From: the human T2T-CHM13v2.0 reference genome, Homo sapiens
Assembly (NCBI RefSeq): GCF_009914755.1
Contig: NC_060933.1
DNA length: 64,000 nt
Strand: one strand, 5' to 3'
Shown here: positions 1-13,399 of the stretch, piece after piece
Layout of the letters: each line of letters begins with the position of its first letter
How positions within the stretch are numbered: position 1 is the stretch's first letter
The notes under the pieces: model-generated
What the model was told of the DNA's origin: nothing
Seen by the model: the letters and a program-made list of their open reading frames with translations, nothing else
Database searches by the model: none
Translations under genes and position numbers: made by a program

Positions 1-594
1 TCTCTTTATGTAACAGTCTCTTCATTGTCGATTCTAGTTTATTGCCTTGTAGCTACAAAGGGCAGGCTCTGCTGCGTTAGTTCTGTGAAGTTCCCCATAT
101 TGCCTGGTATGTGGCCTATTTTAAAACTATTCCATGTGTATTTAATAAGAATTAGCAACTAAAATTTTTCATTGTAACAATTATAACAATATAATTGTTT
201 AGCTTTTGAGGCAGTGTCTTTGTATACTTTACAATGTTGGTGCCAAAGCTCCAACATTGCTGTGAACTTTTAACACCCTCGCCCTCTGTTTCTAATGGAG
301 AAGTTCTGGCGTCTCCCGTTCCGACTGTGTATTTGACCCCTTTGTTCTTCAGTCTGTTTTGGCTTCCTGCATTTTGATGCGGTATGCCTTCACATTCATG
401 AACATTCGTCTTCTTGTGATTGTGCTTTTAATTGTTTTCATGTTGGCGCCCTTTTCATCTATACTGATGAAAAATAAATCATGCTTTTGTCTAACAGGCT
501 TGTTTATGTATTTTGAAAATTTATTATCCCTGCCCACCCCTTTCCACTTCCCTCTCCATGCATCGCTATTCTCCCGTGCTTAACGTGCATCTTT

Positions 595-748
595 TTGTTC
601 ATATGAACCCATGCATGTGGGCACAAGTGTGTTTTGTGTGTGCATTCTTGTTCATATGAACCCATGCGTGTGGGCACAAGTGTGTTTTGTGTGCATTCTT
701 GTTCGTATGAACCCATGCATGTGGGCACAAGTGTGTTTTGTGTGCATT
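595..748. repeat. Tandem repeat, ~3 copies of a 51-53 bp unit (TTGTTCATATGAACCCATGCATGTGGGCACAAGTGTGTTTTGTGTGCAT)
   Basis: The ATATGAACCC-like core recurs at 601, 654 and 705. Confidence 0.9.
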
Positions 749-916
749 TAGCACTCTTTAAATATGCACTGAAACAGAACCTTTCCCCCACCATCAAAGT
801 CTGCACCATTTGTGTTTGTACAGCCAGCAGGTAGTTTGCCTTGCTGACATCATTTATCCCCCTGACCTCGGTCTCCTATAGACTTGCTAAAATTCTCCCT
901 TTCAAATTTCCTTTGA

Positions 917-1336
<420 letters not shown>

Positions 1337-1700
1337 TAAATGTGATTTCTCCCGGGTCTGTTAAAGACGTCACTCCACTGTCTTCCGGAAGGCAGCGTTG
1401 CTATTGAGAGGTCTGCCATCAGTCCACATCCGCTTTTATGGTATGTAGTGTGGCTCTTCTTTCTGGTCATTTTGACTTTTTTTCTCCTTTCCTGGATGAT
1501 CTGCATTTCACTGTAATATTCTAGGAGTGGATTTCTCAATTTTGATCATTCCTTGGTAATTTAGATCTGGGGTGTCATCTTCATGTCTTTTCAATTCTGA
1601 AGAATTCTGAGCTATTCTGTTGCTTTGTTGCCATTTTAGAAAATGTTTTTCTTTCAGAACTCCTATTCTGTTTATATTGGAACCTCCTGATCTATTCTCC

Positions 1701-1950
1701 ATGTGTGTTAACTTTGTGCATGTGTGTGCATGTGTGTATGTGTGTGAGTGTGCATGTGTGTGTGTATGTGTGCATGTATGTGCATGTATGTATGAATGAA
1801 TGGTGTGTGCACGCGTGTATGTCTGCGTGTGTATGTGGGTGTGCATGTGTATGGGTTTGTGTGCATTTGTATGTGTGCACATGTGTGTGTGTGCATGTGT
1901 GTGTGCGTGTGTGTGCATGTGTGTGTGTATATCTCTGTGTGTTGTGTTTT
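1701..1950. repeat. Degenerate (TG)n/(TGCA)n simple repeat
   Basis: Direct reading; it produces the HT/CV-rich ORFs in the track. Confidence 0.9.
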
Positions 1951-3451
1951 CAGAGCTGCTGCACTCTAGTTGGTTTCCTCCACTCATTTTATTACTAGCT
2001 CCAGGCTGGAGACTGAATCTATCTGTAACACCTCAATTTCTCTTTTGAATTTTTCTGCTTTCATTGATTTTGTTAGTACTATCTTCCATGACACTAAGTC
2101 TCTTTTCTACTATGTCAAGTCTGGAATTTAACCTGTCTATTGAGTTTTTTATTCACTTTATTATTCATCTTCAAGATTTGTAATTATTTCTATTTCGTCT
2201 CTCCTTATTTCTTATATTCTGGCCAGTTCTAATTTTATACTTTATATATTTTTAAATCACTAGGCATCTTGATCATACTCCTGCAGTTTTAAAGTGTGTG
2301 TCAGACTTTCCTTGGCTGGTGTAAGTTCCTGTACCAATTGCTCATTTTTAGCCTGCCTTTCTTAGTGTGGTGTTTCCTTGGGTAATTTGGAACCTGGCCT
2401 TTCTAGCTTATTTCAAGGTGAGGATATTGTGTCTCTGCATTTCTGCCTTTCTCTGCCATCTTGTTGTCACTGTCCTCTGTCTAGCAGTGTTTTGTAGCCT
2501 CTGCTCCCATCCCGGGTCCCAGGCTTCTGCTCTGCAGTGATGCAGAGCATGTCACAGATAAAGTCATCCTTTCCAAGGACGGCTTGTCTCAGCTTCTGCC
2601 CTTGAGGCTGTGTTGATGTCCTCTTGCCTTCCTATGCCCACAGTGCTCCACTAAGTTATACGAAGTTACAGCCCTGGGATGTGTCAAGGAGGGTTTCTCA
2701 GCCTTCTTTCTGGAGTCAGGGAAGCCCCTCCCATCACTCCCAGGAGCCGGACCTAGGCCCTCTCTGCCTGCCTTGGGACTTGGAGCTGACAGGCCCCTGC
2801 CTCTGCCCCATCACCAGCCTGTGCTTCTCCTCCATTCCTTGTTTTATGTGAGTGTGTGTGCGTTTGTGCATGTATATATGTACACACATGCATACACACA
2901 CACACACCTGTCTTGGTCTTCTGTCTGTCTGACCTATTGCTGCTCTGTGTGTGGAGCAGAGAGGGTCGTTACTGCACACCTTGCTCAGGACAGTGGACAC
3001 CGTCTTTAAATGCACACGGGATCGTGTTCACACAGGAGGGTCCCTTTTTTTCCATGATGAATCTGAGGCCAAGTAACCTGCCCAGAGATGCAGGAAGCTC
3101 AGCTGAGCCCCAAGCCCACGGCCCTCGGACTCCAACCCCAAACCCCCTTGACAGTGTGCACGTCAGCAAGTGTGGGATGGCTGGGGGGCATCTGTTACGG
3201 CTGCACACGTCCCCAGGAGGCCTGCACACCCTTCACTCCCTTCAGTTTCCCTTCAGGTGAAATCTGCAAATCTGCTCCTCTGGACCTGGTCCTGTCCAAG
3301 TGATCCTCTGGGATTAACAAGCTGTTATTCACCAGCCTCCAACAATAATGGCAGGTTATCTGCTCCATTGCAGAACTGGCAGTGGTTTACATCCAGGAAG
3401 GGATTGGTCAGTCTCCTGTGCCAGGTCCCTGGGGGACCCTGAGCCCAGCGG

Positions 3452-3457
3452 TATAAA
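3452..3457 (+). promoter_or_regulatory. LCN1: TATA box of LCN1
   Basis: GGTATAAAGG lies 88 nt upstream of the ATG at 3540. Confidence 0.85.
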
Positions 3458-3539
3458 GGGCGGCTGTGGGAGGACTGGTACAGCCTCTCCCAGCCCCAGC
3501 AAGCGACCTGTCAGGCGGCCGTGGACTCAGACTCCGGAG

Positions 3540-6500
3540 ATGAAGCCCCTGCTCCTGGCCGTCAGCCTTGGCCTCATTGCTGCCCTGCAGGCCCACCACC
3601 TCCTGGCCTCAGACGAGGAGATTCAGGATGTGAGGCCCGGATGGGAAGGCTGGGCTGGAGGGGGCAAGGGGCGAGGCTGAGACTGGATGGAGACCCCATG
3701 CCTCCTCCATCCAAGGAGACCCTCGTTTTTGGGTTGGGCATTCAAGCCCTGCCCTGAGGGAATGGTGGGATGGGGCAGCAGGGGTCTGGGCTGGCAGGGT
3801 AGGTGGCGCAGGGGTGCAGAGTGGGCAGGGCTGGGAGGGTGGGGGTCTGGCTGACTTCACTTCTTCCCTGGGGATGAGGGCTCCTGTGGTCCTGGCTGGC
3901 TTGTGGGGGCTGGAGCCACCTTCAAGTGGGCCTGGCGAGGGTGCTGGGTGTTTTCTGGGTGGGTTAGATTGGGGAACGTTCCCCGTTTCCAGCCCTCGGG
4001 GTGCGGTAGAGTCTAGGGGCTGCAGGCCAGGGAAGGGGGAGGCTCTGGAGCAGTCGGCCTGAGCCTGATAGAGAGGGGCCTTCTCCAGGTGTCAGGGACG
4101 TGGTATCTGAAGGCCATGACGGTGGACAGGGAGTTCCCTGAGATGAATCTGGAATCGGTGACACCCATGACCCTCACGACCCTGGAAGGGGGCAACCTGG
4201 AAGCCAAGGTCACCATGCTGTGAGTGTCTGCCAGCCGGCCGGGCAGCCTGCAACCTGGTCTAGGGCCTTCCCTTTCCCCACCCAGGAGAGCTCTGGTGCT
4301 GGGGAGGTGGGCAGACCTGCTGGGAGGCCTCTCTCGGCCCCTCCTGCAATGCTTGAGGGCAAACTGTGCCACTGAGGTGCCTCGGCTGGAGGGGCCCTGA
4401 GGGGGCAGAGGCCCCGGATCAGACCCTGTGGGCTACCAGTGGCAGCCCTGGGTACCGCCCACTTCCTCCTCCGACTAGGGAATGTCTGGTGACGTGCAGG
4501 CCCCTTTGGGAAAAGGTGTTTACCCCCGACCAGAGTCAGAGCCAGTCCTGGCAGTAAATTTCTGCTTTGGAGAAGTGCAGGGATGGGGCTTGCAGAATGA
4601 CCAAGAGGGGGCATAGGAGAAGACACCATGGAGAAGACCCCCTTGAAATCCCTGTGTAGCGCTCACCTGTGCGGCTCTCACCTGGGCTGCTTCCACCCGC
4701 GTGGCTCACATCTGTGACTTCCCACCTGTGTGATTTCACCCGCATGGCTCCCTCCTGAGTGGCATGCAGTGCCTGTGCTCCGGTCCTGGGGGCTGAATCT
4801 CAGGAAGTCACTGACCCTGGCAATGACCCCGATTTTTTTTTCCCCCAAAGCCCCTCACTGAACCTTTCCCTCTCTGGGCCAGATGATGATGGATATGGGG
4901 CTTGTGCCTGAATGTCTCTAAAAGGAAGAATGCAGCTGGCGGGATGAGGCTCAGGCCCACGCCACAGACGCTGCCTGCAAACCAGGCAGCCTGGGTGCCT
5001 CTGGCAGGAAATGTGTTGGGGGCGGGGGGTTTGGGAAGGCAGCCACCAGGAGGAGCGGTGCAGAGCTCCTGGCCATCTCGGGAGACCCCGGGAACTGCCG
5101 CATGGGACCCGGAGGGGCCGCTGGTGCCTGGGTCTGAGATGCAGAGAAGCACCCTCCTCCATGGGCCTGTGGCAGACTCGGGGCCACATTTGCAGGGCAT
5201 TGCAGCATGGTTGCTCCAGGGCCGGGGGAGGCACAGGCCAGGGCCGCTTTGCCAGGGGGCTTCTGTTTTCCAGGATAAGTGGCCGGTGCCAGGAGGTGAA
5301 GGCCGTCCTGGAGAAAACTGACGAGCCGGGAAAATACACGGCCGGTGAGTCCCGGGGCCTGAGCCAGAGCCTGAGCTTGAACACACGCTGGATGTGCGGG
5401 GGCAGCCAGTGCCTTTTTGGGGTGGCCTTTTGGCCTGGGAAGCCTTTTGCTGCCTTCTGACTCCACTAAAAGCCCACTCTCTTCTCCCACTGGTCAATTT
5501 GCATTAGAGACTTGAACACCTGACCCCAAACACCAGGTGTGGCAGGTTTGTCCCGGGGCGGACCCTCTGGGCTTGCCCTGTAGCCCTGGCTGTGGCTCTG
5601 GCAGGGCCAGGAGCAGAGTCGTATTTGGCTGCGGGGGGCTGTACCCCAACTCCCACCTCCGCAGACCTCATACCCGGAGGAACCCCCCGTGACTCACTGG
5701 TTTGGGATGTGGCCGCCTCTTGGGTACATCAGGTTCCTGGGAAGTGGGGGTCCCATGGCCTGGGGCTCAGGCCTGGTGGGGAACCTGGGTCAGGGAGCTC
5801 TGGGAGGCTGGGAGGGTGCAGGAGCTGCGGGGCTTGCTGGGCCTGGCAACGCACGCTGTCCCGGGATCCTCTCTGAAGTCCCTGGTGGCTAATTCAGGAA
5901 TGTGCTGCTGTCTTTCTGCAGACGGGGGCAAGCACGTGGCATACATCATCAGGTCGCACGTGAAGGACCACTACATCTTTTACTGTGAGGGCGAGCTGCA
6001 CGGGAAGCCGGTCCGAGGGGTGAAGCTCGTGGGTGGGTCCCGCACCCTCACCCTGCAACCCATGCCTCCACCTGCCCTCCCTCCTCCCTCGGCCTCCTGC
6101 ACCCTCTTCCCCATGGGAGAAGCCACTGGGACCCAGGAACCCACTGCAGTTTTCTTAGGATGAGTTTTCCTGATAAAGGCCTCAATTCCCACCCCTGGAG
6201 TTCAGGATTTGGGATGCCCCGGCCTCGGTATCTGCAGCAGAGGCAGGAAGGAGCCACGGCTGCAGGCACAGGGGTTCAAAGGTCACACATGTCCCAGAGT
6301 GGGCCAGGCCCTCCCCCGGAGCAGCTCCCTGCAGTGTCATCCTTGAGCGCGTTCCTGTGGGGTGTCCAGCAGGAGAGAGGAACAGGGATGTGAGCAGAAG
6401 TCTGCATGGAAAGAACGTTCCAGCTCCCGGGGTTGAATTCCGGACGCGGTGGCTCCCACAGATGGTGACTCATCAGTGCTGTCCCTGTCAGAGGACGAGG

Positions 6501-7199
6501 CCCATGAAGGCTCCTGAGTTCTCCCTGGAGCCAGGGGTGTGCGAATGACAGAGGATTGGGATCCTGGTGCCCCCAAGGGGAGAGGCGCTTCCTCCAGGGT
6601 GGGCCTGTCGTGCCGTCCATCCTCACTCTGGGAGATGCTCAGGGATGGATGGAGAGCCCTTCCCGTTCTCCCGGTTCTGCTGCCACAGGAGCCTTCTCAG
6701 CCGTGCACGGCACCCTGGTCCCACTTTGCCAGCCTGAGGGCCTCTGGGTTCAATTCCCCCCACGGTGGGCGAGGTCCCCTTCCCCAGCCCAGCTCAGGCC
6801 TCCAGACTGGGATGGGGTGCCGTCGGCCCAGTGCTGCCTCGAGCACCCACATCTCGTCCTGGCACCCACAGGCAGAGACCCCAAGAACAACCTGGAAGCC
6901 TTGGAGGACTTTGAGAAAGCCGCAGGAGCCCGCGGACTCAGCACGGAGAGCATCCTCATCCCCAGGCAGAGCGGTAGGAGGCATGGCCCTGCAGAGCCCC
7001 CCATGTCCCCGCGTGGGGACATCAGCAGAGCTGCATTGCACGGGCGCATAACTGTGCTGCGTCTAATTCTGGCTTTGTCCTTCCTGGGGTGGTGGAGCTG
7101 GTGGCTGATGAGGGGCCCCGGTCCTGACTGCATTCCTGGGGTCTCCTAACGCCTGTGCTTCCTTTTCCTGCAGAAACCTGCTCTCCAGGGAGCGATTAG
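3540..7199 (+). CDS. LCN1: Lipocalin-1 (tear lipocalin / von Ebner gland protein), 6 coding exons, 176 aa
   Basis: Exons 3540-3629, 4089-4219, 5274-5344, 5922-6032, 6872-6973, 7174-7199 (90+131+71+111+102+26=531 nt), all GT-AG. The translation [40 protein letters not shown]...[11 protein letters not shown] matches LCN1 as I recall it. Confidence 0.98.
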
Positions 7200-7849
7200 G
7201 GTGAGTGAACAGCTTTAGAGGACATTTGAGAAAATCCAGTTCTGGGGCTCAGTGGTGCTTCCAGAGGCCATGGGGTCTCTCCCACCCATCCCACTCCTAC
7301 CTGGGTGGGAGATGCCCCACGTAGGTCAGGCAGGTGGGAGCTCTGCTCCTGAGCTGCCCACGCTCGGGCGTCAGACTCCGTTCTTGCCCTGGGTGTGACT
7401 CCTGGGCAGCTGGGAAGCCCACAGCGCTGAGCCCGCCTTTGCTGGCTGCTGGTGGAGACGGTGTCTACCCCCCAGTCACATGGGCAGGAGCAGGCAGGAG
7501 ATTCGGGTTCCTCCTCAGCACCCCTCACCCTCGGCCATGCCTGTGACTCCACTTACCCGATAAGTTGCTCAAAGATTCAGCAAAGTGGCAGGCGTGCCTG
7601 TGCTCGCTGTGTCAGATGGGCCCCTTGCTGGCTGCACAAGGGGACCAGAGTTTGGAGACTCGCCCAAGGTCACCTGCCCAGGTGTGGGCAGAGCCAGAAT
7701 CCTGGACAGCATCGCTGTCCTTCCCGCACCCTCCCCTTGGCCTGCAGTCACCCTGATGCCACTTCACTCAGCAGGGAGCTCTGTCAGCAGCCTGCGGGGG
7801 TGGTCCCTGCTCCATCCGCTCCAATCTAGAGGCTGGAGCCCCCACCTGC

Positions 7850-8335
7850 AGCCCCCAAGAGTCCGTGTGTGCCCCCCACACCATCGCCCCCAAGAGCTCG
7901 CATGTGCCCACCACACCATAGCCCCCTAGAGCCCGGTGCACGTCCCCCACACCATTGCCTCTGAGATCCAGCACGTGCCCCCGCAACCATCGCCCCCGAG
8001 AGCCCGCATGTGCCTTCCACCGTAATCCTCAAGAGCCCAGTGTGTACCCCCACCATAGCCCCCGAGAGCCCACATGTGCCCACACACCATAGCCCCCGAG
8101 AGCCCACATGTGCCCCCCACACCATGCCCCTGAGAGCCCACATGTGCCCCCCACACCATCACCCCTGAGAGCCTGCTGTGCCCCCCACACCATAGCCCCC
8201 GAGAGCCTGCATGTGCCCTCCACATCACAGCCCCCAAGAGTGCAGCGTGTGCCCCCCACACCATGCCCCTGAGAGCTCACATGGGCCCCCACACTGCAGC
8301 ACCCAAGAGCCCACATGCGCCCCCACATTGCATCC
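7850..8335. repeat. C-rich minisatellite (~34-35 bp unit, ~14 copies) in the last LCN1 intron
   Basis: Recurrent CCCCGAGAGCCCACATGTGCCCCCCACACCAT, e.g. AGCCCACATG at 8067, 8101 and 8135. Confidence 0.9.
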
Positions 8336-8385
8336 CCCTCCCACCCTTGCTGTCCTGGCCTCACTCACCCTCCCCCCCTTTCCAG

Positions 8386-8580
8386 GGCAGGGGACACCTT
8401 GGCTCCTCAGCAGCCCAAGGACGGCACCATCCAGCACCTCCGTCATTCACAGGGACATGGAAAAAGCTCCCCACCCCTGCAGAACGCGGCTGGCTGCACC
8501 CCTTCCTACCACCCCCCGCCTTCCCCCTGCCCTGCGCCCCCTCTCCTGGTTCTCCATAAAGAGCTTCAGCAGTTCCCAGT
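8386..8580 (+). terminator. LCN1: LCN1 non-coding last exon with variant poly(A) signal CATAAA (8555-8560)
   Basis: Donor at 7201 and a polypyrimidine-TCCAG acceptor ending at 8385. CTCCATAAAGAGCTTC is homologous to OBP2A CTCCAAATAAAGAGCTTC. Confidence 0.75.
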
Positions 8581-9600
8581 GACTCCGCCTGTCTGTGGGG
8601 TCCCTCGGGGTGAGAGGTGCTGGCTGGGTGCTCTTTTGGGTGCAGGGACTGGGTGGGAAGCAGGAGGAAGGACAGGGAACCAGCCTGGACCCAGTTCTCC
8701 CTGGTGGGTGCCACAGGCCAACAGTGGGAGGGGCCTAGCAGGGGGGTGTGTGCTGGAGGCTGGGCCTGAAGGTCCCGGGGTGCTTCCTGCAGGTCAGCCG
8801 CCCGCTGAGCTCAGGCTGTAGGGGTTGCGGGGGTGGGGGCAGGGCTCCACTCCTCGGTCCTGCACAAGTAAGACCGGAAGGCCTGGGACCAAGCGCAGCT
8901 GCCACCCAGAGGGGACTGGGCAGAGCCACCAGTGCCCTCAGCACTGATGCTGAGTCCGTGAGGCTGGACGTGGGGGGAGGGGACAGCAGCTCAAGGCAGG
9001 GTGTGGCTCGGGCTTGAGCTCACCGGGGAAGCCAGTCCTGTCCTCCGGGGAGCCACACCAGCACTGCCCCCAGAGCCTGGCTCCACGCTGTCCCTCTCTG
9101 TGCCTGGGTAGGTTTGGGACAGCAAGTTCCCAGCTTGGGGGCAGCCACCAGAGGTCCCACCTGGCACAGGCGCCTTTCCTGACCCTGGCGGTCTGTAGGA
9201 TTTAAAGTTTCTTTCGATGGCGCAACATCGCACAGTGACGCTGGGAGCGAGGAGAGGCAGACTCTTAGTGACTTGCTGCTCCGCAGGAGAGGGCAGTTGC
9301 CAGGCAGGGCCACACGGGGTGGCTTGAGCCTGGGACAGGACAACAGCCTGCAGAGCTCAGGGTAGGGAGCAGAAAGTGTAGCGGGTGACCCGGCTGCCTG
9401 TGGCCAGCTAACATGGGTCATTTCTCTGCTCCAGGGCTTAGGGGCTGTCCCTGGTTGTCTGGTACCTGGCTTTGGAGCAATGAGGGCTGGTGGGGAGCGG
9501 CCCCCCAGTGGGGCCGTCTGATTAGCGCAGGGCTGCCGTGTGGACCAATCAGCTGCTCAGGAAGGGGCCGGCCCCTAACCAGGCCTCAGTGCTCGATTCT

Positions 9601-9820
9601 GGCCAGGCATGGTGGCTCAGGCCTGTGTTCCCAGCACTCTGGGAGGCTGAGGTGAGAGAATCACTTGAAGCCAGGAGTTGGAGACCAGCCTGGGCAACAT
9701 AGCGAGACCCCATCTCTAAAAAAAAAAAAAAATTAGCCAGGCTTGGTGGCGCAACCCTGTAGTCCCAGGTACTCGGGAGGCTGAGGTGGGAGGATTGCTT
9801 GAGCCCAGGAGGTCGAGGCT
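9601..9820 (+). mobile_element. Alu (AluJ-like), 3'-truncated at the VNTR
   Basis: GGCCAGGCATGGTGGCTCAGGCCTGT... ends at GGAGGTCGAGGCT, directly abutting the 49-bp VNTR. Confidence 0.85.
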
Positions 9821-10455
9821 CTCCCTCATGCCGTAGACCTTGTGACGGCACAGGTGCGTCCTCCCCACTATGCCTCATGTCATAGACCTTGTGACCTCAC
9901 AGGTGCATCCTCCCCACTATGCCTCGGGTCATAGACCTTGTGACCTCACAGGTGCATCCTCCCCACTATGCCTCGGGTCATAGACCTTGTGACCTCACAG
10001 GTGCGTCCTCCCCACTGTGCCTCGGGTCATAGACCTTGTGACCTCACAGGTGCGTCCTCCCCACTCTGCCTCATGTCACAGACCTTGTGACCTCACAGGT
10101 GCGTCCTCCCCACTATGCCTCATGTCACAGACCTTGTGACCTCACAGGTGCGTCCTCCCCACTCTGCCTCATGTCACAGACCTTGTGACCTCACAGGTGC
10201 GTCCTCCCCACTATGCCTCATGTCACAGACCTTGTGACCTCACAGGTGCGTCCTCCCCACTCTGCCTCATGTCACAGACCTTGTGACCTCACAGGTGCGT
10301 CCTCCCCACTATGCCTCATGTCACAGACCTTGTGACCTCACAGGTGCGTTCCCCCGCTCTGCCTCATGTCACAGACCTTGTGATGGCACAGGTGCGTCCT
10401 CCCCACTCTGCCTCATGTCACAGACCTTGTGACGGCACAGGTGCTCTCCCTCATG
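9821..10455. repeat. 49-bp VNTR, ~13 copies
   Basis: Unit CTCCCCACTATGCCTCATGTCACAGACCTTGTGACCTCACAGGTGCGTC, period 49 (9861, 9910, ...). Confidence 0.97.
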
Positions 10456-10662
10456 TCATTGCTGACACGCATCACATCTATATATGCTGGAGACGCCACA
10501 ACACAGCACTGCAGAGCATGCTTGAAGCAGTCCCACATGTGATAAAGGAACAGAAAGGGAGTTTTCTCTGTACCCACAGACCTTCCGTGCTGAGTGCTCT
10601 TTGATCCTGAGTGTCCTGTCTCCATGCTGATCACGTCCCTCCAGCCTGAAGAATGGCTTTTA

Positions 10663-10747
10663 TTAGGTAGGTGCAAAAGTAATTGCAGCTTTGGCCACTA
10701 AAAGTAATGACAAAAACCCCAATTACTTTTGCACCAACACAACCTAA
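10663..10747. mobile_element. MADE1 (Hsmar1-derived mariner MITE) with TA target-site duplication
   Basis: TTAGGTAGGTGCAAAAGTAATTG...CAATTACTTTTGCACCAAC..CCTAA palindrome flanked by TA on both sides. Confidence 0.9.
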
Positions 10748-10862
10748 TAGCATTTTTTATACTGCTGGCTGCTGCCCACAGATTGTTTCCATTTTCTTTT
10801 ATCTGCATGTGTTTCACTTTGCTTTTACCCTTGAAGGATATTTTCAGCAGACACAGAATTCT

Positions 10863-11293
<431 letters not shown>

Positions 11294-11984
11294 TCAATGC
11301 TTAGTCAGCTCATGCTTCTGCTGTATGTAATGTGTCTTTTTTCTCTGGTTGCTTGAAAATTCTGTCTTTAAATGTGGTTTTTGGCACTTTGACTTTAATG
11401 TACCTAATGTGTTTTCTTTCTGTTTATCCTGCATGGGGTTTTCTAAGCTTTCTGTATCTGTAATTTCATAAAACTTTTTTCCTCAAATGATTCTTCTGCC
11501 CATGATTGCTTTCCACTCCATCTGGAACTCAATTACATGGGTGTTAGGCCTTTGGATATTGTCTCTCAGCTCTCTGAGTCTCTCTCTCTCTCTCTCTTTA
11601 AAGAGACAGGGTCTTGCTCTGTTGCCCAGGCCAGACTGCAGTGGCACAATCATAGCTCACTACAGCCTGGAGCTCCTGGGCTCGAGCTCTTTTTGTTTTC
11701 AATATTTGTTCTCTTTATTCATAGGGCTGGATTATTTCTATTTATGTATCTTCCTGTTGACAGAGGTGTCTCAAGTTTTCTCTTCGCTGTATCTGGTGAA
11801 TTTTCCTTCCATATGTTGTGATCTTTAGTTTTAGAATATCCCTTTGATTGCTGTTTGCAGTCGCTGTTTCTCTGCTGCCTCCATGTTGGCTCCGAGTCAG
11901 TCCTCTTGAGAACGGTCACATTTTCCTTTCTTCATGTGTATAATAATTTTGGATTGTATCCTGAACAGTTTGAATGATGTATAA

Positions 11985-12443
<459 letters not shown>

Positions 12444-13399
12444 TAGGCTTTGCTGGGCTGCTTCGTGTCTTTCCTGTGTGTTCATTTTTTAGGGGTTAGC
12501 CTGAGATTTGGACGGTTTCTGCCTAGAACTTGGGGCTCTCTCTTTGGCTCTCTTCTTTCTTGAATTTCTCTCTTCACTTTCCAGCAGCTATCATTGCCTA
12601 GGACTCTGTCCTCTGGTTCTTCAAGCCAGCAAAATTGCAAGGTGTCTACCAGAGCTTGATCTGCTCCATGTGGTGCAGACAGGGACTGCCCTCCAGATAA
12701 AAGCAGTGAGAATGGGAAACTCATCTAGTGCTGTCACCTTCTTCCAGGTGCTAACCGACCTGCAGTGTCTGTTTGCCCAGGGAGAGTGGTTTCTGCATTT
12801 TGTCCAGAGTTAATCATTGCTACTTGAGGGAGGCTTGGTCAGATGGGAGCTCCTAGACCACGATGGGAAGTGGAACTCACCATTTAGCAAAATGCACTTC
12901 ACAATCCCAATAGGAGAGGGCACGCTTGAGCTAAGAAATGGCCTAAGTCACCGATGTCTCCCACTCTGCAGGTAGAGTCACTGGTTACTACCAATGCGGG
13001 AAAATGTATCCAGCTTATCTTGACTGGAAAAAGGTACCATCATGTGTTTAGAGTCACTATAAAGAGAACACAGGAGGTGAGGGTCTCAGGTGGGGTCTCC
13101 CTCGGCCCTGTGTAGAGCACACTCAGATTGCTCTGCCCTCCAATCTGGCTGTGCTGGGTTGAGGGCCACAACAGGGACATTACCAGCCTGCAATGCAATC
13201 TGCCTGGTGTGGGCTGGGCACGCTTCAGCATCCGGAGAAAACCTTCAAGCGAGGAGTCATGGGCCATGGGGCATGCAGCCGGGAGCTGCCTGTGTACACG
13301 AGGAGGATGCATCTGGGAGCACACCATTGGGGTCTCACATGACTGTCTGTCCCCCACCCCTCAAGCCGCACAGATACACACAGCCCCATGGGATCGTCA

